A stretch of 24,485 bases of DNA, taken from a virus (taxonomy: Duplodnaviria > Caudoviricetes). A program made the position numbers and the translations under genes. The stretch is taken from positions 1 to 24,485 of the IMG/VR virus record IMGVR_UViG_3300030372_004203; one strand, written 5' to 3'. Of the stretch, positions 9,858 through 18,058 are shown piece by piece. The first letter of the stretch is position 1, and each line of letters begins with the position of its first letter. The notes beneath the pieces are model-generated. The model made no database searches. It was given only the letters and a program-made list of their open reading frames with translations, and was not told the origin of the DNA.

Positions 9858-11414
9858 TTATAATTCAAATTTCCATACACTAGTAGCAGTAGCATATTTA
9901 GCTGCTACGGCACTATCAAATTCTATTCTAATTCTATCTCCTGCTGAAAATGTATTATTAGCACTCCAAGTATAGGTAGCTGTTGTTTCATTTGCTATTG
10001 TTTGGTTTACAGCAGTTTGGTTTGTTCCATTAACTCTTAATGATATATCAGTAGAGCCTGCTGGTAATCCTACACCAGTTGCACACTGTACTACTATCTT
10101 TTCTAATTTTCCATCAAAAGGAACAATAAATAAAGTATCATCATTCCAAGCATCAGTTACAGCCGCAGTCTCTAATGAAGATGGGCCAAAAGGTATATAA
10201 TATGCTGATGCAGAATTAGCGTACCAAGAATGAATCTCTTGATGATAAAAGTGTGATTGACTAATAGTAAGAGTACTACCACTTGCTACCGTTGATAAAG
10301 TATCTCCTCCAGCAATAGTCATATCTGCATTTCCACTAGTAACTGTAGCTGTACTTGCATCATCTCCAACTAATCTAACTCTTGTTATAGTTCCAGCATT
10401 ATCTGTCCAACTAGAGTCATTATCAAATGCACTTAATCTAATTTCACTTAATAGTTTTCTTTTATGAGAACCATTATCCATTACTACTAATTCATCTTGA
10501 CTTCCATCAACCTCTTGTGTCATATCTGTTAATCCAGTAAGGTCCCAACTAAATGTAGTTCCAGATAATTGTAATCCAGTACCAGCAGTATATGTTGTAT
10601 TAGTATCTGGAGGAATAACCCAATCTCCATCTTCTCTTAAATATTTAGTAGTTGTTCCAGTACTTTCAGGACTTGGTACTAATCCACCATTGTCATTATC
10701 AAAATCTGCATAAGTAGTATTAGTATAATTATTAGCATGAACAGTTCCAGCGCCATTTACAGTTAAATCTACAGGTATAGTAGGTTTATTAAGTATTTGA
10801 GAATCACCCGAACTAGAATCCCAATCTGATTGAACGTTAACTTCTGCGCCAGTTGCTATTCCGTCTAACTTAGTCTTTAAAGCATCTGTTAGATTATTTG
10901 TATCACTTTCAGCAAATAAGGCTGTAGAAATTTCTGCTCCAGTTTGATCATCGGTAAAACCTGAATCATTAGTAAATGTAGATATAGGTAAACCAGTTAC
11001 AAAAGAATGAACTTGACCTCCAGTTGATATTGCATTACTACCACTAGTTGGAGCTACTGAATCTGCTATACTAAAAGTACTTAACCTTATTTCACTAATT
11101 AATTTTCTTTTAGCTACTGTTGGCATTGTAGAACTATTATCTATAATTAAAAGTTCATCTTCTGATGGATCAACTGCATTAGTTTTATCCATTAAATCAT
11201 CAAGACTTAAAGTAATAGTCGGAGTTGTTGTTCCGTTACTAACAGATAAACCAGTTCCTGCAGAAACTTCACTAACAGTTCCAGTGGCAGCAGAAGTAAC
11301 AGTTGCCCAACTTGTTGTAGTTCCATTAGTTTTTAAAACTAAATCAGCACTAGGGCTATTAGCTAAATCATCAGCTTTAGGTCTGTGTTGAAGTATTTTT
11401 TTCCAAGTAGCCAT
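9858..11414 (-). CDS. Tail fibre-like protein, 518 aa, with an internal duplicated module
   Basis: T/S/G/D-rich, with AGTGL turns and KLDGIATGAEVNVQSDW...QILNKPTIP motifs typical of fibre shafts; two copies of D-E-L-x-x-x-D-N...KRKL(I/L)SEIRLS(T/A)F; C-terminal beta-sandwich-like domain. Confidence 0.75.
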   Translation of the reverse strand: MATWKKILQHRPKADDLANSPSADLVLKTNGTTTSWATVTSAATGTVSEVSAGTGLSVSNGTTTPTITLSLDDLMDKTNAVDPSEDELLIIDNSSTMPTVAKRKLISEIRLSTFSIADSVAPTSGSNAISTGGQVHSFVTGLPISTFTNDSGFTDDQTGAEISTALFAESDTNNLTDALKTKLDGIATGAEVNVQSDWDSSSGDSQILNKPTIPVDLTVNGAGTVHANNYTNTTYADFDNDNGGLVPSPESTGTTTKYLREDGDWVIPPDTNTTYTAGTGLQLSGTTFSWDLTGLTDMTQEVDGSQDELVVMDNGSHKRKLLSEIRLSAFDNDSSWTDNAGTITRVRLVGDDASTATVTSGNADMTIAGGDTLSTVASGSTLTISQSHFYHQEIHSWYANSASAYYIPFGPSSLETAAVTDAWNDDTLFIVPFDGKLEKIVVQCATGVGLPAGSTDISLRVNGTNQTAVNQTIANETTATYTWSANNTFSAGDRIRIEFDSAVAAKYATATSVWKFEL

Positions 11415-11665
11415 TAAATCTTGATTCCTTTTTCTAAAAGAACACTATGTAGGTAATTTAGTTTATCTGATACAGATTTAACTGTATCTATATCCATTCC
11501 AGATATATTTGTATTCCTTAATAATCTAGTTAAAAATTCAGTATCTTTAATTGTGAACTGTATTCCTAAAGCATCTAAACTATCTTTATTATGAGCTTCG
11601 AGCCGCAAGACTTTTTCTTGCAGCTCTTCTAATTGCCCAACAATAAGGTTTTTGCTTTGCCCCAT
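11414..11665 (-). CDS. Small helical protein between the two fibre genes (possible fibre assembly chaperone), 83 aa
   Basis: ORF track; SD AAGGAG; N-terminal coiled coil; function inferred from position only. Confidence 0.65.
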   Translation of the reverse strand: MGQSKNLIVGQLEELQEKVLRLEAHNKDSLDALGIQFTIKDTEFLTRLLRNTNISGMDIDTVKSVSDKLNYLHSVLLEKGIKI

Positions 11666-11682
11666 TGGTTACTCCTTATTTA

Positions 11683-13119
11683 TTACGGATTAATATGTGT
11701 AGCGTTAGTACATATATATAAATCATCATTAGCAGTATCATAAACAAATGTACCTTGGTTATAAGGTGTATCATTATCGTCTGGTGCTTGACCTAGACTA
11801 TACATTCCCATTATAGCTAAACTACCTAAGTTTTCATCAGTATTAGTAGCCTGATCTGTTTGCATATACCACTGAGAACCTATATTAGAAGCATTTTGAG
11901 CGGGATCATTAACCCATTTAAGCCTTGGATTGTCAGCAGCTGTACCACTAGAACCCTCAGCATCAGTATCTACTATAATGGCTGAACCAGAAGAATCAGC
12001 AGCTCCTGATGAATCTGCATTTAATGTAAATGTTGTGTTATTTGTTGTTAGATCTTCTGAAGCTGATATAGTAACAATTCCTTCAAAATCAGCGGCTCCA
12101 ACTACTGTTAAGTCACCTTGAATATTAGTATTACCAGTACTATTAACAACTGAAAACTTTTGGTTGTTAGAATCATCCTTAACCATAAGGTTTCCACCTT
12201 TAGCAGTAAGTGAACCAGATGTAGTCGCTATAGCTCCAGTTGTAGTTAGTGTAGAAGACATATTTACTGCATTTGTAAATGTAAAGTTCTGTGTACTACC
12301 AAGGACATTAGCAAGATCGCTTAGTGATGTCCATTTTGCTTGACCAGATGATGGCCCAGCATAATCACTTACCATTATCGCGTCATTTGCTGTCATAACA
12401 ATACTGCTGCTTACCCCTTGAACTCCTTTAAGAAGTTCTAATTGAGCTTTTGATACAGTTAATGATGTATCTAATTTACCATTAGAATTAGTTACCACAA
12501 CATGCTCATCATTAGCACTATCATATGCAGGCTGAATACCTGCTTCTGAAAGAGTTTCTGGAACCCAATTTGTTCCATTAAATGTTAAAAGGTCATTATT
12601 TGCAGCTGCATTTGAAGTCATATCTACGTCTGATAAATCATCCATGTTACCTACTGTAGAAACATCTCCCCATGATATATCAGTTCCATCACTTACAAGT
12701 GCTTTTCCACTAGGTCCAAGCCCTAAATATGCTGGATTACCTGAAGCATCACCATAAATTATGCTACCTCTAGTTATATTATCCATTTTTCCTAATGTTA
12801 TTTGATTATCTGCAATGTGAGCGGTATCAATAGAACCAGCTGCATAATGTTCACTATCAATAGCATCATCTGCTATTTTAGTACCATCTACTGCATCAGC
12901 TGCTATCTTTGCTGTAGTTACAGCTAAAGCATCTAATTCGCTTTCTTTTACTGCGCCAGAGATTATCTCACTTGAACCTACTGATGCAGCAGCTATTTGA
13001 GATTGTGTTACTGTATCTAGTTCTGCTAGAGCTCCTAGCGTTGTTCCTGTTATTCCTGAAGCCGTTTGCGAAATTGTTCCACTAGTATTTTCGACAACGA
13101 CTTTTTTCCATGTAGCCAT
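11683..13119 (-). CDS. Tail fibre-like protein, 478 aa, with tandem 10-aa repeats
   Basis: About 8 decapeptide repeats (e.g. LAVTTAKIAA, DAVDGTKIAD, DAIDSEHYAA, GSIDTAHIAD); DDLSDV...NNDLLTFNGTNWVP fibre motif; C-terminal GTFVYDTANDDLYIC; SD AGAGG. Confidence 0.75.
   Translation of the reverse strand: MATWKKVVVENTSGTISQTASGITGTTLGALAELDTVTQSQIAAASVGSSEIISGAVKESELDALAVTTAKIAADAVDGTKIADDAIDSEHYAAGSIDTAHIADNQITLGKMDNITRGSIIYGDASGNPAYLGLGPSGKALVSDGTDISWGDVSTVGNMDDLSDVDMTSNAAANNDLLTFNGTNWVPETLSEAGIQPAYDSANDEHVVVTNSNGKLDTSLTVSKAQLELLKGVQGVSSSIVMTANDAIMVSDYAGPSSGQAKWTSLSDLANVLGSTQNFTFTNAVNMSSTLTTTGAIATTSGSLTAKGGNLMVKDDSNNQKFSVVNSTGNTNIQGDLTVVGAADFEGIVTISASEDLTTNNTTFTLNADSSGAADSSGSAIIVDTDAEGSSGTAADNPRLKWVNDPAQNASNIGSQWYMQTDQATNTDENLGSLAIMGMYSLGQAPDDNDTPYNQGTFVYDTANDDLYICTNATHINP
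12778..13017 (-). repeat. Coding tandem repeat, about 8 x 10 aa (30 nt period), degenerate at the DNA level
   Basis: DTVTQSQIAA/ASVGSSEIIS/GAVKESELDA/LAVTTAKIAA/DAVDGTKIAD/DAIDSEHYAA/GSIDTAHIAD/NQITLGKMDN. Confidence 0.8.
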
Positions 13120-13137
13120 TTAGTTTGCCTCCTCTAT

Positions 13138-13623
13138 TTAGCTTAAGTTGCTCAGCTCGGTATTATAATTACCTAAAGCAGTCGTTGCCTCTGCTGAGTC
13201 ACCATTTGTGTTAATATATAAATATGCTATTCTTGTATGAACTAATGCAACTGCATCTTCAAAATCATCTTTTGCAGAAATTTTGTATACATTTCCATTA
13301 TGAAACCATAAATTTTCAGAAGTTCCATTATGCATCACTGCACTTCCAGCTCTGGTATATGCATCCCTTAATTCTGAAGGTATTTTCATTAGTCCTAAAT
13401 CTGTTTTTTGTTGTGCAGTCATACTTGATGCAACGTATGGCACCATTCTTGTATTTCCTAAAACACTGTCTATATCATCTATTACGGTAGACATCGCATT
13501 ATATAAATGGTCACTTACCATAGTTTTTATTGGACTAGCATTTAATGATGCTGGACCCATAATAGTCGATACTTTAGTTTTTACTGCTGTTGGAGCAGGA
13601 TTTAATACTGCATTATTTGCCAT
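13138..13623 (-). CDS. Hypothetical virion structural protein, 161 aa
   Basis: ORF track; SD AGGAGG; located in the tail module. Confidence 0.7.
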   Translation of the reverse strand: MANNAVLNPAPTAVKTKVSTIMGPASLNASPIKTMVSDHLYNAMSTVIDDIDSVLGNTRMVPYVASSMTAQQKTDLGLMKIPSELRDAYTRAGSAVMHNGTSENLWFHNGNVYKISAKDDFEDAVALVHTRIAYLYINTNGDSAEATTALGNYNTELSNLS

Positions 13624-13632
13624 TTTTCCTCC

Positions 13633-14016
13633 TTAACTTGGGCTTGGGTCATTACCTGGACTTGTGCTATCATCTGGTGTGCTCATATATAATTTTCCAT
13701 CAATCCTAGCCAATAATCCATCTTGAGAATAACTACTAGGAATTTCTGATGGTCTAGAATAATTTTCTAAAGTTAAAACAGGATTATCTATTACTCCAGA
13801 TCTATAAATTGTAAATACAGGTTGGCTATTAAGACTAAAACTAATATCGCTTTGATCGTTAGCTACATCTAAAGTCCATCCTTGACCTAGCTCCCATTTA
13901 GTTTCTGTTGTTGTATTTTCCCATCTTCTAAATGTAGGGATAGCAACTTGTTCAGCAACCTCACCCTCTACTGTAAACGTAGAAGTGTTATTTATTGATT
14001 GTCTGGTAAAAGCCAT
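13633..14016 (-). CDS. Hypothetical virion structural protein, 127 aa
   Basis: ORF track; SD AAGGAGG; the C-terminal P...G-L-L-A-x-x-D-G-K-L-Y motif resembles short fibre-type beta modules. Confidence 0.7.
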   Translation of the reverse strand: MAFTRQSINNTSTFTVEGEVAEQVAIPTFRRWENTTTETKWELGQGWTLDVANDQSDISFSLNSQPVFTIYRSGVIDNPVLTLENYSRPSEIPSSYSQDGLLARIDGKLYMSTPDDSTSPGNDPSPS

Positions 14017-14024
14017 AAACCTCC

Positions 14025-14420
14025 TTAAAATGAATGTGGATTTATTCTACCACCTCTAATATGGTTTCTTTTTGCATATTTTTTGGCTTCTCTAATATGT
14101 AAAGAGTATTGCTGAGCAAAATATTGAGCCAATTGTAAATTAAATTTTTCTCCTGGTAATGTATATAAATCAGAAATAACTTTTAAAGCAAGAGCTTCAT
14201 GAAATTGACTTGGAATTTCAGAACTTGTTGTCATTGAATCTATTGAAAACTCAGCTGCTTTAGAAGTATAAATTAATCTTAAATTTTCACCGCCTGTAGT
14301 TGGAGACTGCCAGTCTGGATCTACATTAACTGCTGTAGAATCTTTCTTCTCAACAATTGCAATTCTTTCTCCATCTATATACCAATAATATTTATCTTCA
14401 TTACTAAGTAAGGTAGCCAT
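14025..14420 (-). CDS. Head-tail adaptor/ring protein-like, resembling a C-terminal half, 131 aa
   Basis: YYWYIDGERIAI...LRLIY...SEIPSQFHEALALKVISDLY...AQYFAQQY: the beta strands, IP-x-x-F-H-x-A-L motif and terminal helices seen in tubular-protein-A-like adaptors. It has its own SD, AAGGAG. Confidence 0.65.
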   Translation of the reverse strand: MATLLSNEDKYYWYIDGERIAIVEKKDSTAVNVDPDWQSPTTGGENLRLIYTSKAAEFSIDSMTTSSEIPSQFHEALALKVISDLYTLPGEKFNLQLAQYFAQQYSLHIREAKKYAKRNHIRGGRINPHSF

Positions 14421-14683
14421 TAAGTTTTGTCTCCTTCTTTAGGTGGATATATTAATCTTTTAATAGATATATTATCAATTTCAACTCTTTTTATAGTTAA
14501 CATTCCAGGATCTAGATCATACCATCTTTTATCTTTAACTAATGTATCTTCACCAATTGCTTCAATTATCTCTGTTTTTGCAGAAAAATCATCTTGAGCT
14601 CTATTTAAAGCTTTTATAATAGCTGTTTCTCCTACTTCAGGATGATGTTGTTGTATAGTTTCAACCAATTCTAAAAGCTTCAT
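14420..14683 (-). CDS. Head-tail adaptor/ring protein-like, resembling an N-terminal half, 87 aa
   Basis: Helix-helix start (LLELVETIQ...IIKALNRAQDDF) followed by Y-D-L-D-P-G-M-L-x-I-x-R-V-E-I, as in the N-terminal part of adaptor proteins. Confidence 0.6.
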   Translation of the reverse strand: MKLLELVETIQQHHPEVGETAIIKALNRAQDDFSAKTEIIEAIGEDTLVKDKRWYDLDPGMLTIKRVEIDNISIKRLIYPPKEGDKT

Positions 14684-14684
14684 T

Positions 14685-15494
14685 CTATTCCCATTCTAAA
14701 TTTAATTTTTGTATAGACTCTTTTAAACTTTCTTCTAATATAGCTTTATTTTGAGTTAATAATGTAAATAACTCTGTATCTTCTTCTTGAGTAGCCATAT
14801 CAGATATTTTTAATTCTATAACTTTTAAAGCTATTCTTTTTATAACTATATCTTCAATATCTCTAGGTAAACTTTTAAATTCAGTCATTGTGTCCCAAGC
14901 TGAATCTGTATCAGTTTCTCCGCCTGTTTCCATTATAGTTTCTCTAGGGTATGCAAAAACAGTTATTGCAGAAGTTCCTTTAGGCATTATATTGGAATCA
15001 CCATATGGACCAGTACCCGCCATCCAACTGTTTGAAACATCAGGATACACATATATAGTTTGTTTTCCACCTACATTTTTAAATGTATATACTGGACTAA
15101 ATTTTGTAGCATAATGTATACTATTAACATCTTGAGCTTTGTGAACATTTTCAAATGCTATAGCCTTGCATGGCTTAGTAACATATCGTTCAGATTTTAT
15201 AGTAGTATTATCTGATTCTAATAAATGGTCAGCTTCAGTTCTTAAAACAAGTAAAACAAGTTCATCTTCTGCATCATAAGGTGGCACAACCGTTAATTGA
15301 CCAGAAATCATATTTTCTGGATCAATAGGCTGTTCTATTTGGGTTAATAAATATCTAGAAGGAACAATACCTGCTATTTCCCATAAAGCCTCATTAAATA
15401 ATTCTTCTGGTGCAGATATTTGATCTAAATAATCAGAATTGTCTTCCCCTAATGTTGATAAAACTCTTGCTTTTATTGTTGTGTTTGTTGCCAT
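14685..15494 (-). CDS. Head-tail adaptor/ring protein, 269 aa
   Basis: Directly after the MCP; helical N-terminus, SPVY...TIYVYP strands and LPRDIEDIVIKRIALK helical C-terminus. Confidence 0.6.
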   Translation of the reverse strand: MATNTTIKARVLSTLGEDNSDYLDQISAPEELFNEALWEIAGIVPSRYLLTQIEQPIDPENMISGQLTVVPPYDAEDELVLLVLRTEADHLLESDNTTIKSERYVTKPCKAIAFENVHKAQDVNSIHYATKFSPVYTFKNVGGKQTIYVYPDVSNSWMAGTGPYGDSNIMPKGTSAITVFAYPRETIMETGGETDTDSAWDTMTEFKSLPRDIEDIVIKRIALKVIELKISDMATQEEDTELFTLLTQNKAILEESLKESIQKLNLEWE

Positions 15495-15509
15495 TTATTT
15501 CCTTAATTA

Positions 15510-15535
15510 GTGCCCCCAGAGTTAACCAGGGGCAC
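15510..15535 (-). terminator. GC-rich hairpin after the MCP (weak terminator or mRNA-stabilising stem)
   Basis: The minus strand reads GTGCCCC-TGGTTAACTCTG-GGGGCAC, followed by TAATT rather than a long U tract; the next gene's SD follows immediately. Confidence 0.65.
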
Positions 15536-15547
15536 AAGTTAATAGAC

Positions 15548-17050
15548 TTAAGCTATAAAATCAATAGTAGCATGAGTTTCAGGTAACATTACCTCAAGCC
15601 CAGCTTCTGTGATTATCATATCTTTTCTACCATCTATATCATTTTCTTGAACATTAGTTTCAACGAATGTATCACGAGATATTCCGTTTCCTGCTAATGG
15701 TCTATATGATACGTTTGATAAGTCAATACATACAGCTTTATTTTCCATATCACCTCTGAATAATGGATGTGCTACGAAATTCATAGAACCCCAAGATGTA
15801 GAGATAGATGTAATATCAATTGGCATAAAGCTAGATGCTTTAACATCTATGTTTGCAGAGAAAACAGTCTTAAGGTCTGACCCACTAAGTGAGTTATCTA
15901 AGAAGTTCCCTGGACCCATTTTATGAAGAGCATTAATTACTTTTCTAGAAGTTAGACATAGTTTTTGACCACTATTTCCACCTTCCCAGTTCATAAAGTC
16001 ATCCATAACATCAACCATTCCATCATAACTAAATGGTTTTTGAACATCATAAGTTGAGTCTGCACCAGGTGTATCACCTGAGAAGTCAAACTGATAACGT
16101 TTTCCACCTTTAGCTTCTAAAAATGGAACGATACCCCATGAATTTCTGGTATCAGCATCAGTATACTTACCATAGCCAAACAAAAATGCATTTTCTAGAT
16201 CCATTTTATGAGATTTTAAGTGTTCTGCGTAAATACGTTTCCACTCATTTGCATAACCTCTGTATCTAGTTGCTTGCATTGAACCTGACATTAAAGGAAC
16301 TGAAGTTTTGAATATCTGCGTATAGAATTCTGTTGCAGATAGTTCATCTCTCCAACCTTCAGGAGCACCAGTTGCCTCACCCCATTGTGATCCAATCACT
16401 TGACCTTGTTTATCCCAAGCAGCAGTAGCGAAATCGTTACCTGTTGCACTGCCTGAAGATACTACAACCATTTTGTCAATGTGAACTGTACAATAACCAG
16501 CCTGCTTACCAGCAGCAGCTTTATTAGATGCTCCTCCTGCTTCTGCGCCTGTATATGTATAGTATGCTGGATCAGCTGTAAGTTTATAAGAAACGCCATC
16601 TAGTCTTAAAATTTGACCAGCAGTTAAATAAAGAGGAGCGTATCCTACGAAATCTGCTGTATCAGGTTTTACTGATGATTTTGTTTGCTGTCCTGTATTA
16701 TCGTAATCAGTCCAAATTACGAAGTGAGTCATATCTGTTCCACTTGGATCAGCAATTGCTGTAATTGCTGCTCCATCACTTCCTGAAGGACCTGTTAATT
16801 TATGTGCGCTAACGCTAAAATTACGTCTTTGCCATTGGTTACGATATTCCAATGGTTTCCACACTGTTTCGTCTATAGGCTTTTTCCCAAGCTTAGACAA
16901 ATACGAAAAGAAAATTGATGTTTCTGGAGCTAATTCTGCAACCTTATCACCAATTCCAAACGTTCTTCGTATATTGTCGACACTTACTGCACCACCAAAA
17001 GCACCCGAAGGTGTAGTAGTTAGGAGTTCGCCGCCACTATAATCTGCCAT
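15548..17050 (-). CDS. Major capsid protein (HK97 fold, SU10/DUF5309-like), 500 aa
   Basis: Follows portal and scaffold; motifs P-E-T-S-x-F-F-x-Y-L-S-K, YTQIFKT, HKMDLENAFLFG and DGRKDMIITEAGLEV..PETH; strong SD AAGGAGG; downstream hairpin. Confidence 0.9.
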   Translation of the reverse strand: MADYSGGELLTTTPSGAFGGAVSVDNIRRTFGIGDKVAELAPETSIFFSYLSKLGKKPIDETVWKPLEYRNQWQRRNFSVSAHKLTGPSGSDGAAITAIADPSGTDMTHFVIWTDYDNTGQQTKSSVKPDTADFVGYAPLYLTAGQILRLDGVSYKLTADPAYYTYTGAEAGGASNKAAAGKQAGYCTVHIDKMVVVSSGSATGNDFATAAWDKQGQVIGSQWGEATGAPEGWRDELSATEFYTQIFKTSVPLMSGSMQATRYRGYANEWKRIYAEHLKSHKMDLENAFLFGYGKYTDADTRNSWGIVPFLEAKGGKRYQFDFSGDTPGADSTYDVQKPFSYDGMVDVMDDFMNWEGGNSGQKLCLTSRKVINALHKMGPGNFLDNSLSGSDLKTVFSANIDVKASSFMPIDITSISTSWGSMNFVAHPLFRGDMENKAVCIDLSNVSYRPLAGNGISRDTFVETNVQENDIDGRKDMIITEAGLEVMLPETHATIDFIA

Positions 17051-17060
17051 TTATTCCTCC

Positions 17061-18056
17061 TTAAAGAATATTATGTTTGTTATCGTCGGTTATTAGTGCG
17101 TCCATAAAAGATTTAGAACCTGTATTAGCAGTTGCAGGGTTAGAAGCAGGTTGAACGCCCATAGGTCTTGGTACTGATTGTGCTCTTTGTGTTTGCGCAA
17201 ATGTTTGACTAGGTTGGGCCATAGCAGGTGCTGATTGAACACTTCCTTGTCCCCTCTTATAATTATAGTATCCAACTAAATCATCCATATTTATAGATTT
17301 TGGATCATTCATTGTTGCTATAAAATCATCTAAGTTTTCACCTAAATCATATTTGTTTTTAACAAAAGACCTTACATTAGCCATTTCCTGTTGTTGTCTT
17401 TGTGCTTGTTTTCTCTGCAATTCTATTTTTTCAAGTCCACTTATCTTTTTATTATAAGACTCGCGCATAGTAGCTATTTCATATTGAGAAGCAAGTTGAT
17501 TATACATTTGCATATCATCTCGCCATTTGTCAACACTATCTAAATACTGTGCACTTTCACTTCTAGGATCACTAAACGCTTCTTCTCTTGAGAAACCCGC
17601 GGGTTGCTGAGGTTTTTCAGGTGGAGGAGGAAACTCTTCCTGTTGTTGCTCACTTGGTGGTGCAGATTGCGCTGGTGGTTTTGCACCTGGCGTAATATTT
17701 TGCACGGCCTCTGGATTGTTTCGGAGATAATCTACCATAGGCATATACTCCTTAACAGTGTCTAGTTGATTCTTCATTTGGGCAGCTTGTGACTGCCAGT
17801 ATTGATACCTAACTTCATCATTTGTTTTGTCAGGGGCTACTTCATTTTTAGAAAAATCTTGTTGCGTTGCCTGTGGCGGTGCAACTTGTTCTTCTGGCAC
17901 GGTATTCCTCGCTGGAGGAGACGTGTTATTTTCTTGAGTAGGTAATCCTAACTCCTGTTCAAATGTAAAATCGGCACTTTCGTTCTCTGTTCGGGTTTCC
18001 TCAATTTGTTTTTCAAATTCAGGAGCCTCATTAACGTTTTGTTCATTAGCTTCCAT
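17061..18056 (-). CDS. Capsid scaffolding protein, 331 aa
   Basis: Between portal and MCP; acidic and P/Q-rich low-complexity segments alternate with coiled coils (RYQYWQSQAAQMKNQL). Confidence 0.75.
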   Translation of the reverse strand: MEANEQNVNEAPEFEKQIEETRTENESADFTFEQELGLPTQENNTSPPARNTVPEEQVAPPQATQQDFSKNEVAPDKTNDEVRYQYWQSQAAQMKNQLDTVKEYMPMVDYLRNNPEAVQNITPGAKPPAQSAPPSEQQQEEFPPPPEKPQQPAGFSREEAFSDPRSESAQYLDSVDKWRDDMQMYNQLASQYEIATMRESYNKKISGLEKIELQRKQAQRQQQEMANVRSFVKNKYDLGENLDDFIATMNDPKSINMDDLVGYYNYKRGQGSVQSAPAMAQPSQTFAQTQRAQSVPRPMGVQPASNPATANTGSKSFMDALITDDNKHNIL

Positions 18057-18058
18057 TG

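Noticed and set aside
9858-13119. Diversity-generating retroelement or invertible fibre system
   Set aside because: No reverse transcriptase, recombinase, adenine-specific repeat pair or flanking inverted repeats were seen in this window.
15503-15513. TTAATTAGTGC occurs at both 15503 and 23680, each at a hairpin base
   Set aside because: An 11-nt AT-rich match in opposite transcriptional contexts is plausible by chance.
15548-15570. Programmed frameshift or readthrough extension of the MCP
   Set aside because: There is no clear slippery heptamer before the TAA, and the next gene has its own SD and ATG.
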